This document shows positions 27,787-37,894 of a DNA stretch of 64,000 nucleotides, piece by piece. The stretch is from Spirochaetota bacterium (GTDB lineage: Bacteria > Spirochaetota > UBA4802 > UBA5550). The notes below the pieces were generated by a model. The model was given only the letters and a program-made list of their open reading frames with translations, was not told the origin of the DNA and made no database searches. The position numbers and the translations under genes were made by a program. Where the stretch lies: NCBI GenBank assembly GCA_050298055.1, contig JBNKTL010000008.1:56884-120883 (forward strand), read 5' to 3'. Each line of letters starts with the position of its first letter. Position 1 is the stretch's first letter.

Positions 27787-29166
27787 ATGAAAAATCCAAT
27801 CCTCATACCCGAGTTCAGAGAACTCCTTGAAAAGAAAAAGTATTCTGTTTTAAAGTCATTTCTTGAAGAAGGCCATTCACGGGAGATGGCCGAACTTCTT
27901 GAAATGCTTAATCCGGATGAGATCTGGAGCATCCTCAAGCTCCTTGACGGTTACCTGAGATGTGAGATCTTTACTTACTTTGATATTGATGTCCAGAAGA
28001 CAATACTGGCAATACTCAGCAACCGGGACATCTCGGAAATCCTGGTCAGAATGTCGCCTGATAACAGGGCGGACTTTTTCCAGCATCTTGACAGGGAAAC
28101 GGCAAACCGTTATCTCCTTGTGCTGCCCATTCGTGACAGGGCAAACATCATCAAGCTGACATCCTATGACGAGGAAACAGCCGGTGCCATTATGACCACC
28201 GACTATGCGACCCTCAATGAAAATAATACCGTTGAAGAATCTATTAAGCTTATCAGAAAGATAGCCCCGTCAAAGGAAACAATATACTATATATACGTAG
28301 TTGATGACATCGGGAAACTTATCGGGTTTGTGTCTCTCAGGAAGCTGATCCTTGAAAAACCAAAGAAAAAGATCAGCAAAATAATGAAGAGCGAGGTCCT
28401 CTATGCCGGAGTTGATGACGATAGAGAGGATGTGGCGCAACTGATCGAAGAGTATGACCTGATAGCTCTCCCTATTGTGGACAGCAGCAAAAGGCTTACA
28501 GGAATAGTGACACATGATGATGCCATTGACATTATCAGGGAGGAGGAGACCGAGGACCTGGAAAAGCTGATGGCCATCAGCGGCGGTGTTGAGGAAAAGT
28601 CTTACCTGGATGTTCCCGCCCTGGTCCATTTCAAAAAGAGGGCGTTCTGGGTTGTTGCCCTGGGGATTTTCGGTCTGGTCACGGCATATATTGTTGGGCT
28701 TTTCCAGGACACACTCAAGACATTGATCGTTCTGACATTTTATATCCCCATGCTCAATGCTGCGGGGGGGAATACCGGCTCACAGTCTGCAACGGTAATC
28801 CTCAGGGCTTTAACACTCAACGAGCTCACACCGGGTGATATATTAAGGGTTATTCGGAAGGAATTTACTATCAGTCTTTTCCTCTCGATCTGCCTGGGAG
28901 CAATAGTCTATTTCAGGGTTTATTTATTTACCAAAGGTGATAATATACCTGCAGAGTTTACTCTGCCCGGTATTGCGACAGTTATCTCAATATCTCTGGG
29001 ACTTCAGGTGCTCTGGGCGACTATCTTCGGGGCCATTGTCCCTATGGTGGCAACAAAGCTAAAGGTCGATCCGGCGGTTGTATCAAGCCCTCTCCTTACC
29101 ACATTCGTCGATATGGGGGGGATTGTTATCTACTTCACCATGGCAAAGATGATTCTGGGGATCTAA
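27787..29166 (+). CDS. mgtE: Magnesium transporter MgtE
   Basis: TAGAIMT, CBS pair, GGNTGSQ, DPAVVSSPLLTTFVD. Confidence 0.95.
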   Translation: MKNPILIPEFRELLEKKKYSVLKSFLEEGHSREMAELLEMLNPDEIWSILKLLDGYLRCEIFTYFDIDVQKTILAILSNRDISEILVRMSPDNRADFFQHLDRETANRYLLVLPIRDRANIIKLTSYDEETAGAIMTTDYATLNENNTVEESIKLIRKIAPSKETIYYIYVVDDIGKLIGFVSLRKLILEKPKKKISKIMKSEVLYAGVDDDREDVAQLIEEYDLIALPIVDSSKRLTGIVTHDDAIDIIREEETEDLEKLMAISGGVEEKSYLDVPALVHFKKRAFWVVALGIFGLVTAYIVGLFQDTLKTLIVLTFYIPMLNAAGGNTGSQSATVILRALTLNELTPGDILRVIRKEFTISLFLSICLGAIVYFRVYLFTKGDNIPAEFTLPGIATVISISLGLQVLWATIFGAIVPMVATKLKVDPAVVSSPLLTTFVDMGGIVIYFTMAKMILGI

Positions 29167-29260
29167 AAAATGCCGGGTATCCTCTTATCTGTCTCGAATT
29201 CCACTCTCCGGGTCTGTAAATAAAGTTAGTTCCTTCCTTGTTATTCCGGCCTATCCGGGT

Positions 29261-29293
29261 ATATATTTTTTAGCCGTATAGCTGAGTAGTTAC
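29261..29293 (-). repeat. Solo left end of the MITE family
   Basis: Reverse complement reads gtaactactcagctatacggctaaaaa; no hairpin or second end nearby. Confidence 0.7.
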
Positions 29294-29391
29294 AATAAAA
29301 AATATATTGCATATCCGAAAAAAAAAGTTGATTTGTTGATGTTTTTCTGTATTTTTATTCAGAAAACAATCCACTTTTCTGGAGTTAAGTT

Positions 29392-30606
29392 ATGAACGTA
29401 AAGTTGCCGGTAAAAAGGGACCAACTAATTAATGCGAGCAGGGACCACTGTTTTTTTGCCGGTGTCAATGACAGCGGCGCTGAACTTTGCAAGGCAAACA
29501 CTGTCTATGGTATAGCCGGTATTCATCATGTCCAGAAAGCCCTTGGTTTGAGACCGGATGCTTCCTTTATCTCAACCCCCGATATGACCATAACGAGGAA
29601 CACGAGCAGATGGGGAAGCGGATTCGGATATGGGGGCAAAATTTCATGGGGGAGTGGAAACGATGAAGTTGTCATTCTTAATACAAAGCCAAATGCATGC
29701 GGAATGCTCGTTGGAGGGCTTGACAAGCTCCCTTCGGTAACCGGACTGATAAAGAAAATCCACAAAATGGAAAAAGGGACTATAAAGATAGACGATGTTC
29801 CCGTTTCCTGGGACTTCTATAAGAGTAACCACTTCATTGATATTTTCCTGGTAAAGCCCGTAACGAGAGTCAGGACCAAGCTGCCTCCCTATGCTTTTGT
29901 TATTCATGGGTCTGCTCCTGAGTTTTCAGGGGACAATCTCCACGGTTTCGGGCTTTATTACGATAAAAGCCATGAGCTGGCCGCAAAGGCTGAAATCATC
30001 AACACCCCGTTTCAGGAAATGCATGTTCTTACAGGTGACAGTGCGAGAAAGTACTATGAGATGTACAGGTATGTAGAGCGATTCTCAATAAAGAAGCGAA
30101 GACTGGCTGCCGAGATCCTTTTCGGGGACTATGTGGAGGTCTTTAATGAGAACCACCAGGGACTGATCAATATGAACGAAATAAAGCTTGGCTGTCATTA
30201 TCTTAAGAATTTTTCGCGCCTCTATCCTCTGACTCTCCGGGGAGACCTCCCTGCTTACCTTGTGAAGGGGATTCCTAATTATTCGGCCGAGTGCATTGAG
30301 TCTCTTGGCTTCGCAAAGAGGGCCAAAAAGCTGAAGCTCTACAACCGGCTCCTGAATGCCAATGTTATTCCTCATGGAGGGGGGTATAACCTCCCGGATG
30401 TTCTGAGTGTTAACAGAATTATTGAGATTGAGGGAAAAAGATATTTTGAAGTTGAGATGACCAACGACAGGGGAAAGAAGATAATCTCTGAAGTCCGTGA
30501 AATCCCCTATGAATACCGGGGAAGAAAAGTTATTCTGCGCAGCCTTGAAATCGGCTCGATCAAGATAGTGGCAAAGATGATTCCCCTTTATGTATTGAAG
30601 ATATAA
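29392..30606 (+). CDS. Divergent RtcB-like (3'-phosphate/5'-OH ligase fold) protein
   Basis: Ordered motifs PD..GFGYG, NACGM, SNHFID, VIHGS, NH, PHGGG and terminal PLYVLK parallel the RtcB motifs. Confidence 0.65.
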   Translation: MNVKLPVKRDQLINASRDHCFFAGVNDSGAELCKANTVYGIAGIHHVQKALGLRPDASFISTPDMTITRNTSRWGSGFGYGGKISWGSGNDEVVILNTKPNACGMLVGGLDKLPSVTGLIKKIHKMEKGTIKIDDVPVSWDFYKSNHFIDIFLVKPVTRVRTKLPPYAFVIHGSAPEFSGDNLHGFGLYYDKSHELAAKAEIINTPFQEMHVLTGDSARKYYEMYRYVERFSIKKRRLAAEILFGDYVEVFNENHQGLINMNEIKLGCHYLKNFSRLYPLTLRGDLPAYLVKGIPNYSAECIESLGFAKRAKKLKLYNRLLNANVIPHGGGYNLPDVLSVNRIIEIEGKRYFEVEMTNDRGKKIISEVREIPYEYRGRKVILRSLEIGSIKIVAKMIPLYVLKI

Positions 30607-30658
30607 GGGAGCCTCTCTGAATTATTTTTCGAGGTACCCATGATCCGGCTTCTCAAGA

Positions 30659-31429
30659 CTAAATCTTAAGGTTAAAGACCCTCACCGCGTTTGCCGTTGT
30701 GTTCTCCGCAACCATCTCCACGCTCTCTCCCGTTAATTCTGCAGCCGCTTCCAGGTTAAACATGATGTTGGCCGGGACATTGGGCTTTCCCATTGCCTGG
30801 ACCGGCGGGATATCAGGGCTGTCTGTTTCCAGGAGAAGGTGGTGCGGATAGATCTTTTCAAGGAGCCTGACTCTCTTTTTACTTTTTTTATATGTGAGTA
30901 TTCCTCCCAGGGAAAAGTTCATATTGAACTTCAATAACTCTTCTGCCAGTTCCCTGCTCCCGGAAAAGGAGTGAATAACACCTCCCGCATGGGGAATACC
31001 CACACGTTTAAATGAAATTATAAGTTCATTGAAGGCCCCTCTGCAGTGAATGATCAGGGGGAGGTTAATCTCCCGGGCAATGGACAGCTGTATCTCGAAT
31101 ATTTTTATCTGGATTTCCATGTTGGGATTATCAATTTTCTTATCGAGTCCCATCTCGCCAATGGCGACGGCCCCCTTTTTGGCCTCATCCCCGAGCCTGT
31201 AAATGATATCAAGATCTGAGGGAGTGGCATACCAGGGGTGAACTCCCAGTGCATATTCAACCTCATTAAAACGTTCCGCTATGGCCCTTGATTCCTCCCA
31301 CTGACCCGGTGTAATGGATGAGGTAATAAGTTTTACGATATTGGCGTCTTTTGCCTGGTTGATTATTGCGTCAAGCCTGCCCCTGAAATGTTCGCTTTCA
31401 AGGTGGCAGTGTGTATCAATAAGTTTCAT
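30659..31429 (-). CDS. tatD: TatD family hydrolase
   Basis: IDTHCH, GVHP, AIGEMGLD, IHCR, HSFSG, LETDSP. Alternative start at 31447. Confidence 0.93.
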   Translation of the reverse strand: MKLIDTHCHLESEHFRGRLDAIINQAKDANIVKLITSSITPGQWEESRAIAERFNEVEYALGVHPWYATPSDLDIIYRLGDEAKKGAVAIGEMGLDKKIDNPNMEIQIKIFEIQLSIAREINLPLIIHCRGAFNELIISFKRVGIPHAGGVIHSFSGSRELAEELLKFNMNFSLGGILTYKKSKKRVRLLEKIYPHHLLLETDSPDIPPVQAMGKPNVPANIMFNLEAAAELTGESVEMVAENTTANAVRVFNLKI

Positions 31430-31453
31430 AAATTCTGTATCCCTCACAGAGTC

Positions 31454-31873
31454 TTATTCACCGATGATCTTTACCATCACTCGCTTTGCCCTTCTGCCGT
31501 CAAATTCAGCATAGTAAATCTGTTCCCAGGGCCCGAAATCCATCTTCCCCTCTGTAACAGCAATGACAACTTCACGCCCCATGATTGTCCGTTTAATGTG
31601 GGCATCACCGTTATCTTCACCGGTATTGTTATGCCTGTACCTGCTGATCGGTTCATGGGGAGCAAGGTCTTCCAGAAAATCGTCAAAATCCCGAATCAGA
31701 CCGCTTTCAGCATCGTTAATATAGACAGAAGCAGTGATATGCATGGCATTGACCAGGCAGAGACCCTCCTTGATACCGCTTTTTTTCAGAACGGCATTAA
31801 CATCTCCTGTAATATTTATATACTCTCTCCGGGACCTGGTATTAAATGTAAGATATTCCCTGTGTGATTTCAT
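31454..31873 (-). CDS. yjbQ: YjbQ/UPF0047 family (secondary thiamine-phosphate synthase)
   Basis: [32 protein letters not shown]. Confidence 0.9.
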   Translation of the reverse strand: MKSHREYLTFNTRSRREYINITGDVNAVLKKSGIKEGLCLVNAMHITASVYINDAESGLIRDFDDFLEDLAPHEPISRYRHNNTGEDNGDAHIKRTIMGREVVIAVTEGKMDFGPWEQIYYAEFDGRRAKRVMVKIIGE

Positions 31874-31957
31874 TTTAAAACTCCAATTTTTAGTTTAATA
31901 CAATTTTTATTCCATAAACTATAATCTTTTACAGATACTGATGTTAAAAAGAAATAT

Positions 31958-32074
31958 CCGCAGATAAACGCGGAGTTAAAGAAAATGTTAAGTTATCTGA
32001 TCAACAAAGATTTTCTATCATTTAATATTCAACATTCATAATTAAGCATTGAAAAAACTCTGCGTGCATCTGTG
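31958..32074. repeat. 10-bp-periodic IR enclosing a 7-bp-periodic element
   Basis: Outer ccgcagataaacgcggag / ctctgcgtgcatctgtg; inner ttaagttatctgat...tttaata-ttcaaca-ttcataa-ttaagca, homologous to 12756-12816. Confidence 0.7.
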
Positions 32075-32321
32075 ACTAATTATTTTTTTCTTTTTTTCAT
32101 TTCAAGGAATCAATCTCTCTGATAGATAATGTTTTTTATGAATAATTTGTGATAATAAATGACCAAACAGACGATTATATTAAAGAACAGATTAAAACCA
32201 TCAAATAAAGGTAAATTTTACTCCTGTCAAGAGAGTTTTTATTAAATAAATATATATATATTTCTTGACAAAACATGTTAAATTGATATTTTAGTTTTTG
32301 CATGGAGAATATTGGAGCTTT

Positions 32322-32813
32322 ATGCGGATTGGAATATATCCTGGATCCTTCGATCCATTGACATATGGGCATCTCGATATTATCGAGAGGGCTATAAAGC
32401 TTTGCGATAAGCTCATTATCGCGGTTGCATACAATAGTGCAAAAGAAGCTTTATTTACTGTAAACGAGAGACTAGATATAATAGAAAATTGCTGTAAAGA
32501 AAAATATGATAACCTGGAGGTTGTTTTTTTTAATGGGCTTTTGGCGGAATATTGTAACAGGAATAAGATCTCGTTCATCGTTAGAGGTTTACGATCTGTA
32601 ACGGATTTTGATTACGAGATGTCCATAGCCTTTGCAAACAGAAGGCTGGCGGCAAATACTGAAACAATATTTTTAATGACCAGGGAAGAAAACAGCTTCA
32701 TATCCTCTCAGATGGTAAGGGAGATAGCAAGTTATCATGGTGATATATCCTCTCTAGTACCCCAATTCGTACAAGAAAAGATCCTGCAAAAATTCTCCAA
32801 AGTAAAAAACTGA
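32322..32813 (+). CDS. coaD: Phosphopantetheine adenylyltransferase
   Basis: YPGSFDPLTYGHLDII, VRGLRSVTDFDYE, ISS..VRE. Confidence 0.96.
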   Translation: MRIGIYPGSFDPLTYGHLDIIERAIKLCDKLIIAVAYNSAKEALFTVNERLDIIENCCKEKYDNLEVVFFNGLLAEYCNRNKISFIVRGLRSVTDFDYEMSIAFANRRLAANTETIFLMTREENSFISSQMVREIASYHGDISSLVPQFVQEKILQKFSKVKN

Positions 32814-33007
32814 TTCGGTTAAACTTCCGGTTCACGAGTAGTGCCAATTATAACGGGGATTTAACCGGGTGTGTTATACTCAGGATGTTGAAATGTTTTT
32901 GGGAATTTTCATTTTTTGAAAGAAAAGTTCCCTTGCGAAATTCTATGCCGGTACTCCGGATTGGATTTGTTTACTGAAATCAATAATCCGGGTGTTGGGA
33001 GGTAAAA

Positions 33008-34543
33008 ATGACATCAATGACAATTATTCTTATTATAGCTCTCCCTGTTGTCGGAGTTCTCGGATATGCAGTAAGGGCGTATCTCGGAAGAATCAAGCTC
33101 AACTCCGCTGAAGCTAAATCCCACAGACTGATCAATGATGCAGTGAAAGAGGCTGAAAACAAGAGAAAGGAACTCTTGATCGAAGCAAAGGACCAGCTGC
33201 TCAGAGAGAAGAATGATCTGGAAAAAGAGATGAGAGAGAGAAGACAGGAACTCCAGTCTTCGGAAAAGAGAATTTTCCAGAAGGAAGAGGCCCTGGAGAA
33301 AAGGGTTGAGCAGATTACAAAACAGGAAAAACTGACAACCCTGAAAGAGCAGGAAGTACAGGAAAAGGAAGAAGAATTAAGAAAAGAGTTTCAGAAGCAC
33401 AAGAAAGAACTTGAACGAATAGCAAATATGACTTCAGAAGAGGCCAAGAAACTTTTATTGGAAAACCTTGAAAACGAAGTGAAGCTGGAATCTACAAAGC
33501 TTATTAATAAGATAGAGGAAGATGCCAGGAGAGTTGCGGACAAGAAGGCAAAGGAAATCATCATTACCGCTATCCAGAGAAATGCTTCGGAGCATACATC
33601 TGAGACAACCATAACAACCGTATCGCTACCCTCCGATGAATTAAAGGGGAGGATTATCGGTCGTGAGGGACGGAACATAAGGACACTTGAAAACCTGACC
33701 GGCGTGGACATGATTATAGATGACACACCGGAGGTTGTTGTGATTTCAGGGTTTGATCCCGTAAGAAGGGAAATCGCACGACTTTCACTGGAACGCCTTA
33801 TACAGAATGGCAGGATACATCCCGCAAGGATTGAAGAGGTCGTTGCAAAGGTCACCAAGGAGATAGACGAACTCATGCTGGAAGAGGGTGAGAAAGCGGC
33901 GTTTGAACTTGGGATTCCGGGCCTCAGTAAGGAGGCCATCCAGAATGTGGGGAAACTGAAATTCAGGTCAAGTTACGGCCAGAATGTTCTTGATCACAGC
34001 AAGGATGTTGCAAACCTTGCAGGTATAATGGCAGGTGAGCTGAAACTGGACATCCAGCTTGCCAAAAGGGCCGGGCTTCTCCACGACATTGGGAAGGGAA
34101 GTGTCGTGGAGGGAGAAGGCGCCCATTCTATTGTTGGAGCCGAGATGGCAAAAAAATATGGTGAAAATGATCTGGTAATAAACTGCATCGCTTCACATCA
34201 TAATGACAGGGAGCCCGAATCCTTTGAAGCTGTGCTTGTCCAGGTCGCGGACGCAATTTCAGCATCACGGCCCGGTGCAAGGAGAGAATCTCTGGACACT
34301 TACCTGAAGAGGCTTGAAAACCTTGAAACCATAGCTTCAGGATTCAAGGGTGTGGACAAAACATTTGCAATTCAGGCAGGCAGGGAAGTTCGTGTCCTGG
34401 TTGATAATGACATGATAAACGATGAACAGGCAGAAAACATGGCCAGGGATATTGCAGTTAAGATAGAATCGGAGTTAAAGTATCCCGGTATTATCAGGGT
34501 CACTCTTATCCGTGAAAAAAGGGTTGTGGATTACGCCCGGTGA
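33008..34543 (+). CDS. rny: Ribonuclease Y
   Basis: N-terminal TM + coiled coil, KH domain (KGRIIGREGRNIR), HD domain (LLHDIGK), ADAISASRPGARRE. Confidence 0.97.
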   Translation: MTSMTIILIIALPVVGVLGYAVRAYLGRIKLNSAEAKSHRLINDAVKEAENKRKELLIEAKDQLLREKNDLEKEMRERRQELQSSEKRIFQKEEALEKRVEQITKQEKLTTLKEQEVQEKEEELRKEFQKHKKELERIANMTSEEAKKLLLENLENEVKLESTKLINKIEEDARRVADKKAKEIIITAIQRNASEHTSETTITTVSLPSDELKGRIIGREGRNIRTLENLTGVDMIIDDTPEVVVISGFDPVRREIARLSLERLIQNGRIHPARIEEVVAKVTKEIDELMLEEGEKAAFELGIPGLSKEAIQNVGKLKFRSSYGQNVLDHSKDVANLAGIMAGELKLDIQLAKRAGLLHDIGKGSVVEGEGAHSIVGAEMAKKYGENDLVINCIASHHNDREPESFEAVLVQVADAISASRPGARRESLDTYLKRLENLETIASGFKGVDKTFAIQAGREVRVLVDNDMINDEQAENMARDIAVKIESELKYPGIIRVTLIREKRVVDYAR

Positions 34544-35316
34544 AATATTTAAAGATACTTGCTATTGGCGATATCATTGGAAGAACCGGGCGAAATTATC
34601 TGCAGAGCAGGATTCAGGGTATCAAGGAGCTTCATAAGATCGATATGGTTATTGCCAATGGTGAAAATGCCGCGGGAGGAATCTCAATAACACCTGACAA
34701 ACTGAATGAACTCTATGGCATGGGAATTGATGTTGTTACCACCGGGAATCATATCTGGGACAAAAGTGATATCCAGAGAGTTATTGATAATGAAGAGTAT
34801 CTCCTTCGTCCGGGAAATTATCCCGAGATAAACCAGGGACACGGTTACACATTCTTTAATTGCCGGGGAATAAAGGTCTGTGTCGTAAATCTTCAGGGGC
34901 GTGTCCATATGGAACCCATAGACAATCCTTTTAAAAAATTTGATGAAATTTATGATCTTGTTAAAGATGAGGCTGATATTATTGTGGTTGATTTCCATGC
35001 GGAAGCCACATCTGAGAAACAGGCTTTTGGCTGGTATACAGATGGGAGAGCATCCGCTGTTTTTGGGACTCATACTCACGTGCAGACCTCTGATGAGAGG
35101 ATTCTTCCCGGGGGAACAGGATTTATTACGGATGTGGGAATGACAGGATCGATGGACTCTGTAATAGGGATGGATAAGGATATATCGATTCAGAAGTTTA
35201 TTACAGGCATCAGGGTAAAGTACAGGGTTGCTGCGGATAATCCCGGAATAAACGGGATCATATTCACGATTTTAAAAAGTGGCAAAACGGCGGAGGTCCT
35301 TCGATTAAGGGTTTAG
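34540..35316 (+). CDS. ymdB: YmdB-type metallophosphoesterase (2',3'-cyclic nucleotide phosphodiesterase)
   Basis: GDIIG, NGENAAGG, GNHIWD, DFHAEATSEK, GTHTHVQT; overlaps the rny stop. Confidence 0.93.
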   Translation: MKYLKILAIGDIIGRTGRNYLQSRIQGIKELHKIDMVIANGENAAGGISITPDKLNELYGMGIDVVTTGNHIWDKSDIQRVIDNEEYLLRPGNYPEINQGHGYTFFNCRGIKVCVVNLQGRVHMEPIDNPFKKFDEIYDLVKDEADIIVVDFHAEATSEKQAFGWYTDGRASAVFGTHTHVQTSDERILPGGTGFITDVGMTGSMDSVIGMDKDISIQKFITGIRVKYRVAADNPGINGIIFTILKSGKTAEVLRLRV

Positions 35317-35456
35317 CGGGGAGCAGCATAAAAAATCAAACATTGCAGCCTGATGCTGAGCCCGCGTGATTTTGCAACAATAAGATTCTTTTAAATAGTT
35401 AAATACTCCAGTAGTTATCCAATCATGATTAAGTTAAAAATCACGCAGTGGAAGAA

Positions 35457-36341
35457 CTAGCTCCCTGAGTTGATCATTTCCTTCAAATCATTTTCATCAA
35501 AAATGTATTTTTTTCTGCAGAAGCTGCAGACGACTTCAGCACCTCCGTCTTTATGGATCATATCCCGCAGCTCTTCCGGATGAATATTTTCCAGAACCGA
35601 CTTTATCAGATCATTGCTGCATCTGCAGGAGTGGTGAAGATTGTATTCGCTGAGTACTTTTAATGCATGATTGTCGAAAAGTTCTGAAAGGTATCCGATG
35701 ATATCATCACCTCTCTGAAGTGCCTCTGTGAGGGTTTCCCCTGAGTTTTGAATTTTATTTTCCAGGCGGGATATTACAGAATCTTCGGTTTCAGGATAGG
35801 TCTGTATCAGTATTCCCCCTGATGTCCCGATGGTGCCGTTCTTTTTCATTCTCATAGCAATTAACAGTGCCGATGGAATCTGTTCAGATGTGGTCAGGTA
35901 GTAGGCAACGTCTCCGGCAACCTCACCTCTGTGAAGGGGTATTATACTGCTGTAGGGTTCTTTCAGGCCCAGGTCTTTTGTGACCGTCAGAAATCCTGCG
36001 CCGATGGTCCGGGAAAAACTTATCTTTCCTATGTTCTCAATGAGATCAACGTCCGGGTTTTCTGCGTATCCCCTGATATTTCCCCGGGCATCAGCCTGGA
36101 CATGTATTTCATGAATAGGGCCGCTTCCGGAAAACTTAAGAGTAATATTCTGGTCTGAATCCGGTTTCAGCGTAGCACTCAGAAGAGCCGTAGCTGTTAT
36201 TGATCTGCCCAGGGCAGTTGTTGCATTGGGAGTGGTATTGTGAAGCCCTGTGATCTCTCTCACGAGGCCCAGTGTTTCAGCAGTATATGCCCTGAGGTTG
36301 AGCTCTTCACATATGATTCGTGTAATTGTATCTTTATTCAT
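35457..36341 (-). CDS. hslO: Hsp33 redox-regulated chaperone
   Basis: ALGR, YLTTSEQIPS, GGILIQ, CRC...CSFC zinc motif. Confidence 0.93.
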   Translation of the reverse strand: MNKDTITRIICEELNLRAYTAETLGLVREITGLHNTTPNATTALGRSITATALLSATLKPDSDQNITLKFSGSGPIHEIHVQADARGNIRGYAENPDVDLIENIGKISFSRTIGAGFLTVTKDLGLKEPYSSIIPLHRGEVAGDVAYYLTTSEQIPSALLIAMRMKKNGTIGTSGGILIQTYPETEDSVISRLENKIQNSGETLTEALQRGDDIIGYLSELFDNHALKVLSEYNLHHSCRCSNDLIKSVLENIHPEELRDMIHKDGGAEVVCSFCRKKYIFDENDLKEMINSGS

Positions 36342-36399
36342 AAATTTAACTATACAAAATATATTAAGTGAATTTATTTATTGTGTATTTTTAAAAATA

Positions 36400-36538
36400 A
36401 AAGTAACTCGGTTATGCATGAGAATAATCATATTCATAAAAACATAACTGACATGTCCCCGCCGCCGTAGGCGGCGGGGACATATTATTGATATTCTTAG
36501 TAAATACAATATTTTAATCAATATAGTTGAGTAGTTAT
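36400..36538 (-). mobile_element. MITE copy 5, complete
   Basis: 14-bp stem atgtccccgccgcc-GTA-ggcggcggggacat 36453-36483; end agttgagtagttat; conserved arms gaataatcatatt and taaatacaatatt. Confidence 0.85.
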
Positions 36539-36861
36539 AAATAATAATTTTTGAATTTTTACAATAAAAAAATTTTATCCTTAAATATTTTTCTCACAGG
36601 AACTGTTCAAATAAAGCCGGGCAGAAACAAAATGAACACCACAAGAGTAATTTGCGGATGTTCCTGTTGTAAGGATTTTAAAACAATTCAGTTGCAAATA
36701 ATTTTACTTGCACGATAATCTATTAATTTTAAAGTTGCATTGAAAATCATTAAGACGCCTGTATTTCAGCTGGGGGTAACAAATTCTCAAATCCCGGAAC
36801 CTTATTGATTTTATAAAATTGATAATTGAAGCTTACCGAAGAATATGATAAGGAACACATA

Positions 36862-37842
36862 ATGAAAAATATGTCTAAGAGAAAATGGAAAAATTTTTGT
36901 GGATTAAAATACCTGGCTGTAATAATCATATTAATAATCTTTATTCAGGGGACCGCTTTTTCTCAGGAAAATGAAGAAACCGGCAGCAGTGATAGTTCCG
37001 ATATTGCATTAAACGATAGTCAAAATGATCACAAGGATTTACTCAGGTATTCAATCCTCTTTGGAAGTGTACCCGTTACCTTCCTTTTTGGAGTTAAGGC
37101 ATGGGACTGGGGTAGCCGGCATGAATTTAAAAGTGAAAGAGAGGGATGGTTCGGACAGGATACTTCAGCCGGCGGGTCGGATAAAGCGGGCCATTTTTAT
37201 GCTCATTATCTTATACAGCGTTTTGTTTTTTTTGTCTTTGATTATACGGAAGACGGCGCATCGAGTAAGTATACATATTCCATACTGACAACCAGTATGA
37301 TCGGTACAATGATTGAGGTTGGTGACGGCTGGTCAAGCCTCTACGGATTTTCTTACGAAGACCTTGTGGTTGATCTGGCAGGTGTTTTTGTCGGGGCACT
37401 CCTGGATTATTTTCCCGTTCTTGATGCATTTATCGGGTTCAGTGTAGACTATGTTCCGACGAGTAACTATAGAAAGTATTTCAATAAACATGAGACAGTC
37501 CCTCTGGGATGGGTCACTGACTATTCGGGATTCAGGTACTTGATGAATTTTAAACTGGCAGGTTTCCGATATCTTGGTTTCAAGACGCCGGAATTTCTCA
37601 GGTATATTACACTTGACCTGGGATACTATACCAAGGATTTTTCCACATATGACCTGGAGTTTAAAGGCAGAGAGAATCTTGATCGGACAAGGAACTGGTA
37701 TTTTGGAATTTCTCTGAATTTTGCCGAGGTGATGAGAGATTTTTATACGAAAAAGAAGGGTGTGCTCTATACAGTAACAACCAAACCTTTTGAGTATTAT
37801 CATATTCCTGTTGGTTACAGAAATGAGAATGAGATCAAGTAG
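36862..37842 (+). CDS. DUF2279/YfiM-like secreted or outer-membrane protein
   Basis: Signal peptide; GGSDKAGHF, IEVGDG, GFSYEDL, DYSG, LGYY motifs. Confidence 0.75.
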   Translation: MKNMSKRKWKNFCGLKYLAVIIILIIFIQGTAFSQENEETGSSDSSDIALNDSQNDHKDLLRYSILFGSVPVTFLFGVKAWDWGSRHEFKSEREGWFGQDTSAGGSDKAGHFYAHYLIQRFVFFVFDYTEDGASSKYTYSILTTSMIGTMIEVGDGWSSLYGFSYEDLVVDLAGVFVGALLDYFPVLDAFIGFSVDYVPTSNYRKYFNKHETVPLGWVTDYSGFRYLMNFKLAGFRYLGFKTPEFLRYITLDLGYYTKDFSTYDLEFKGRENLDRTRNWYFGISLNFAEVMRDFYTKKKGVLYTVTTKPFEYYHIPVGYRNENEIK

Positions 37843-37894
37843 GAGGAATATCATATAAACTCTATAAATGAGTTTATTTGATATTCCCTTGTGG

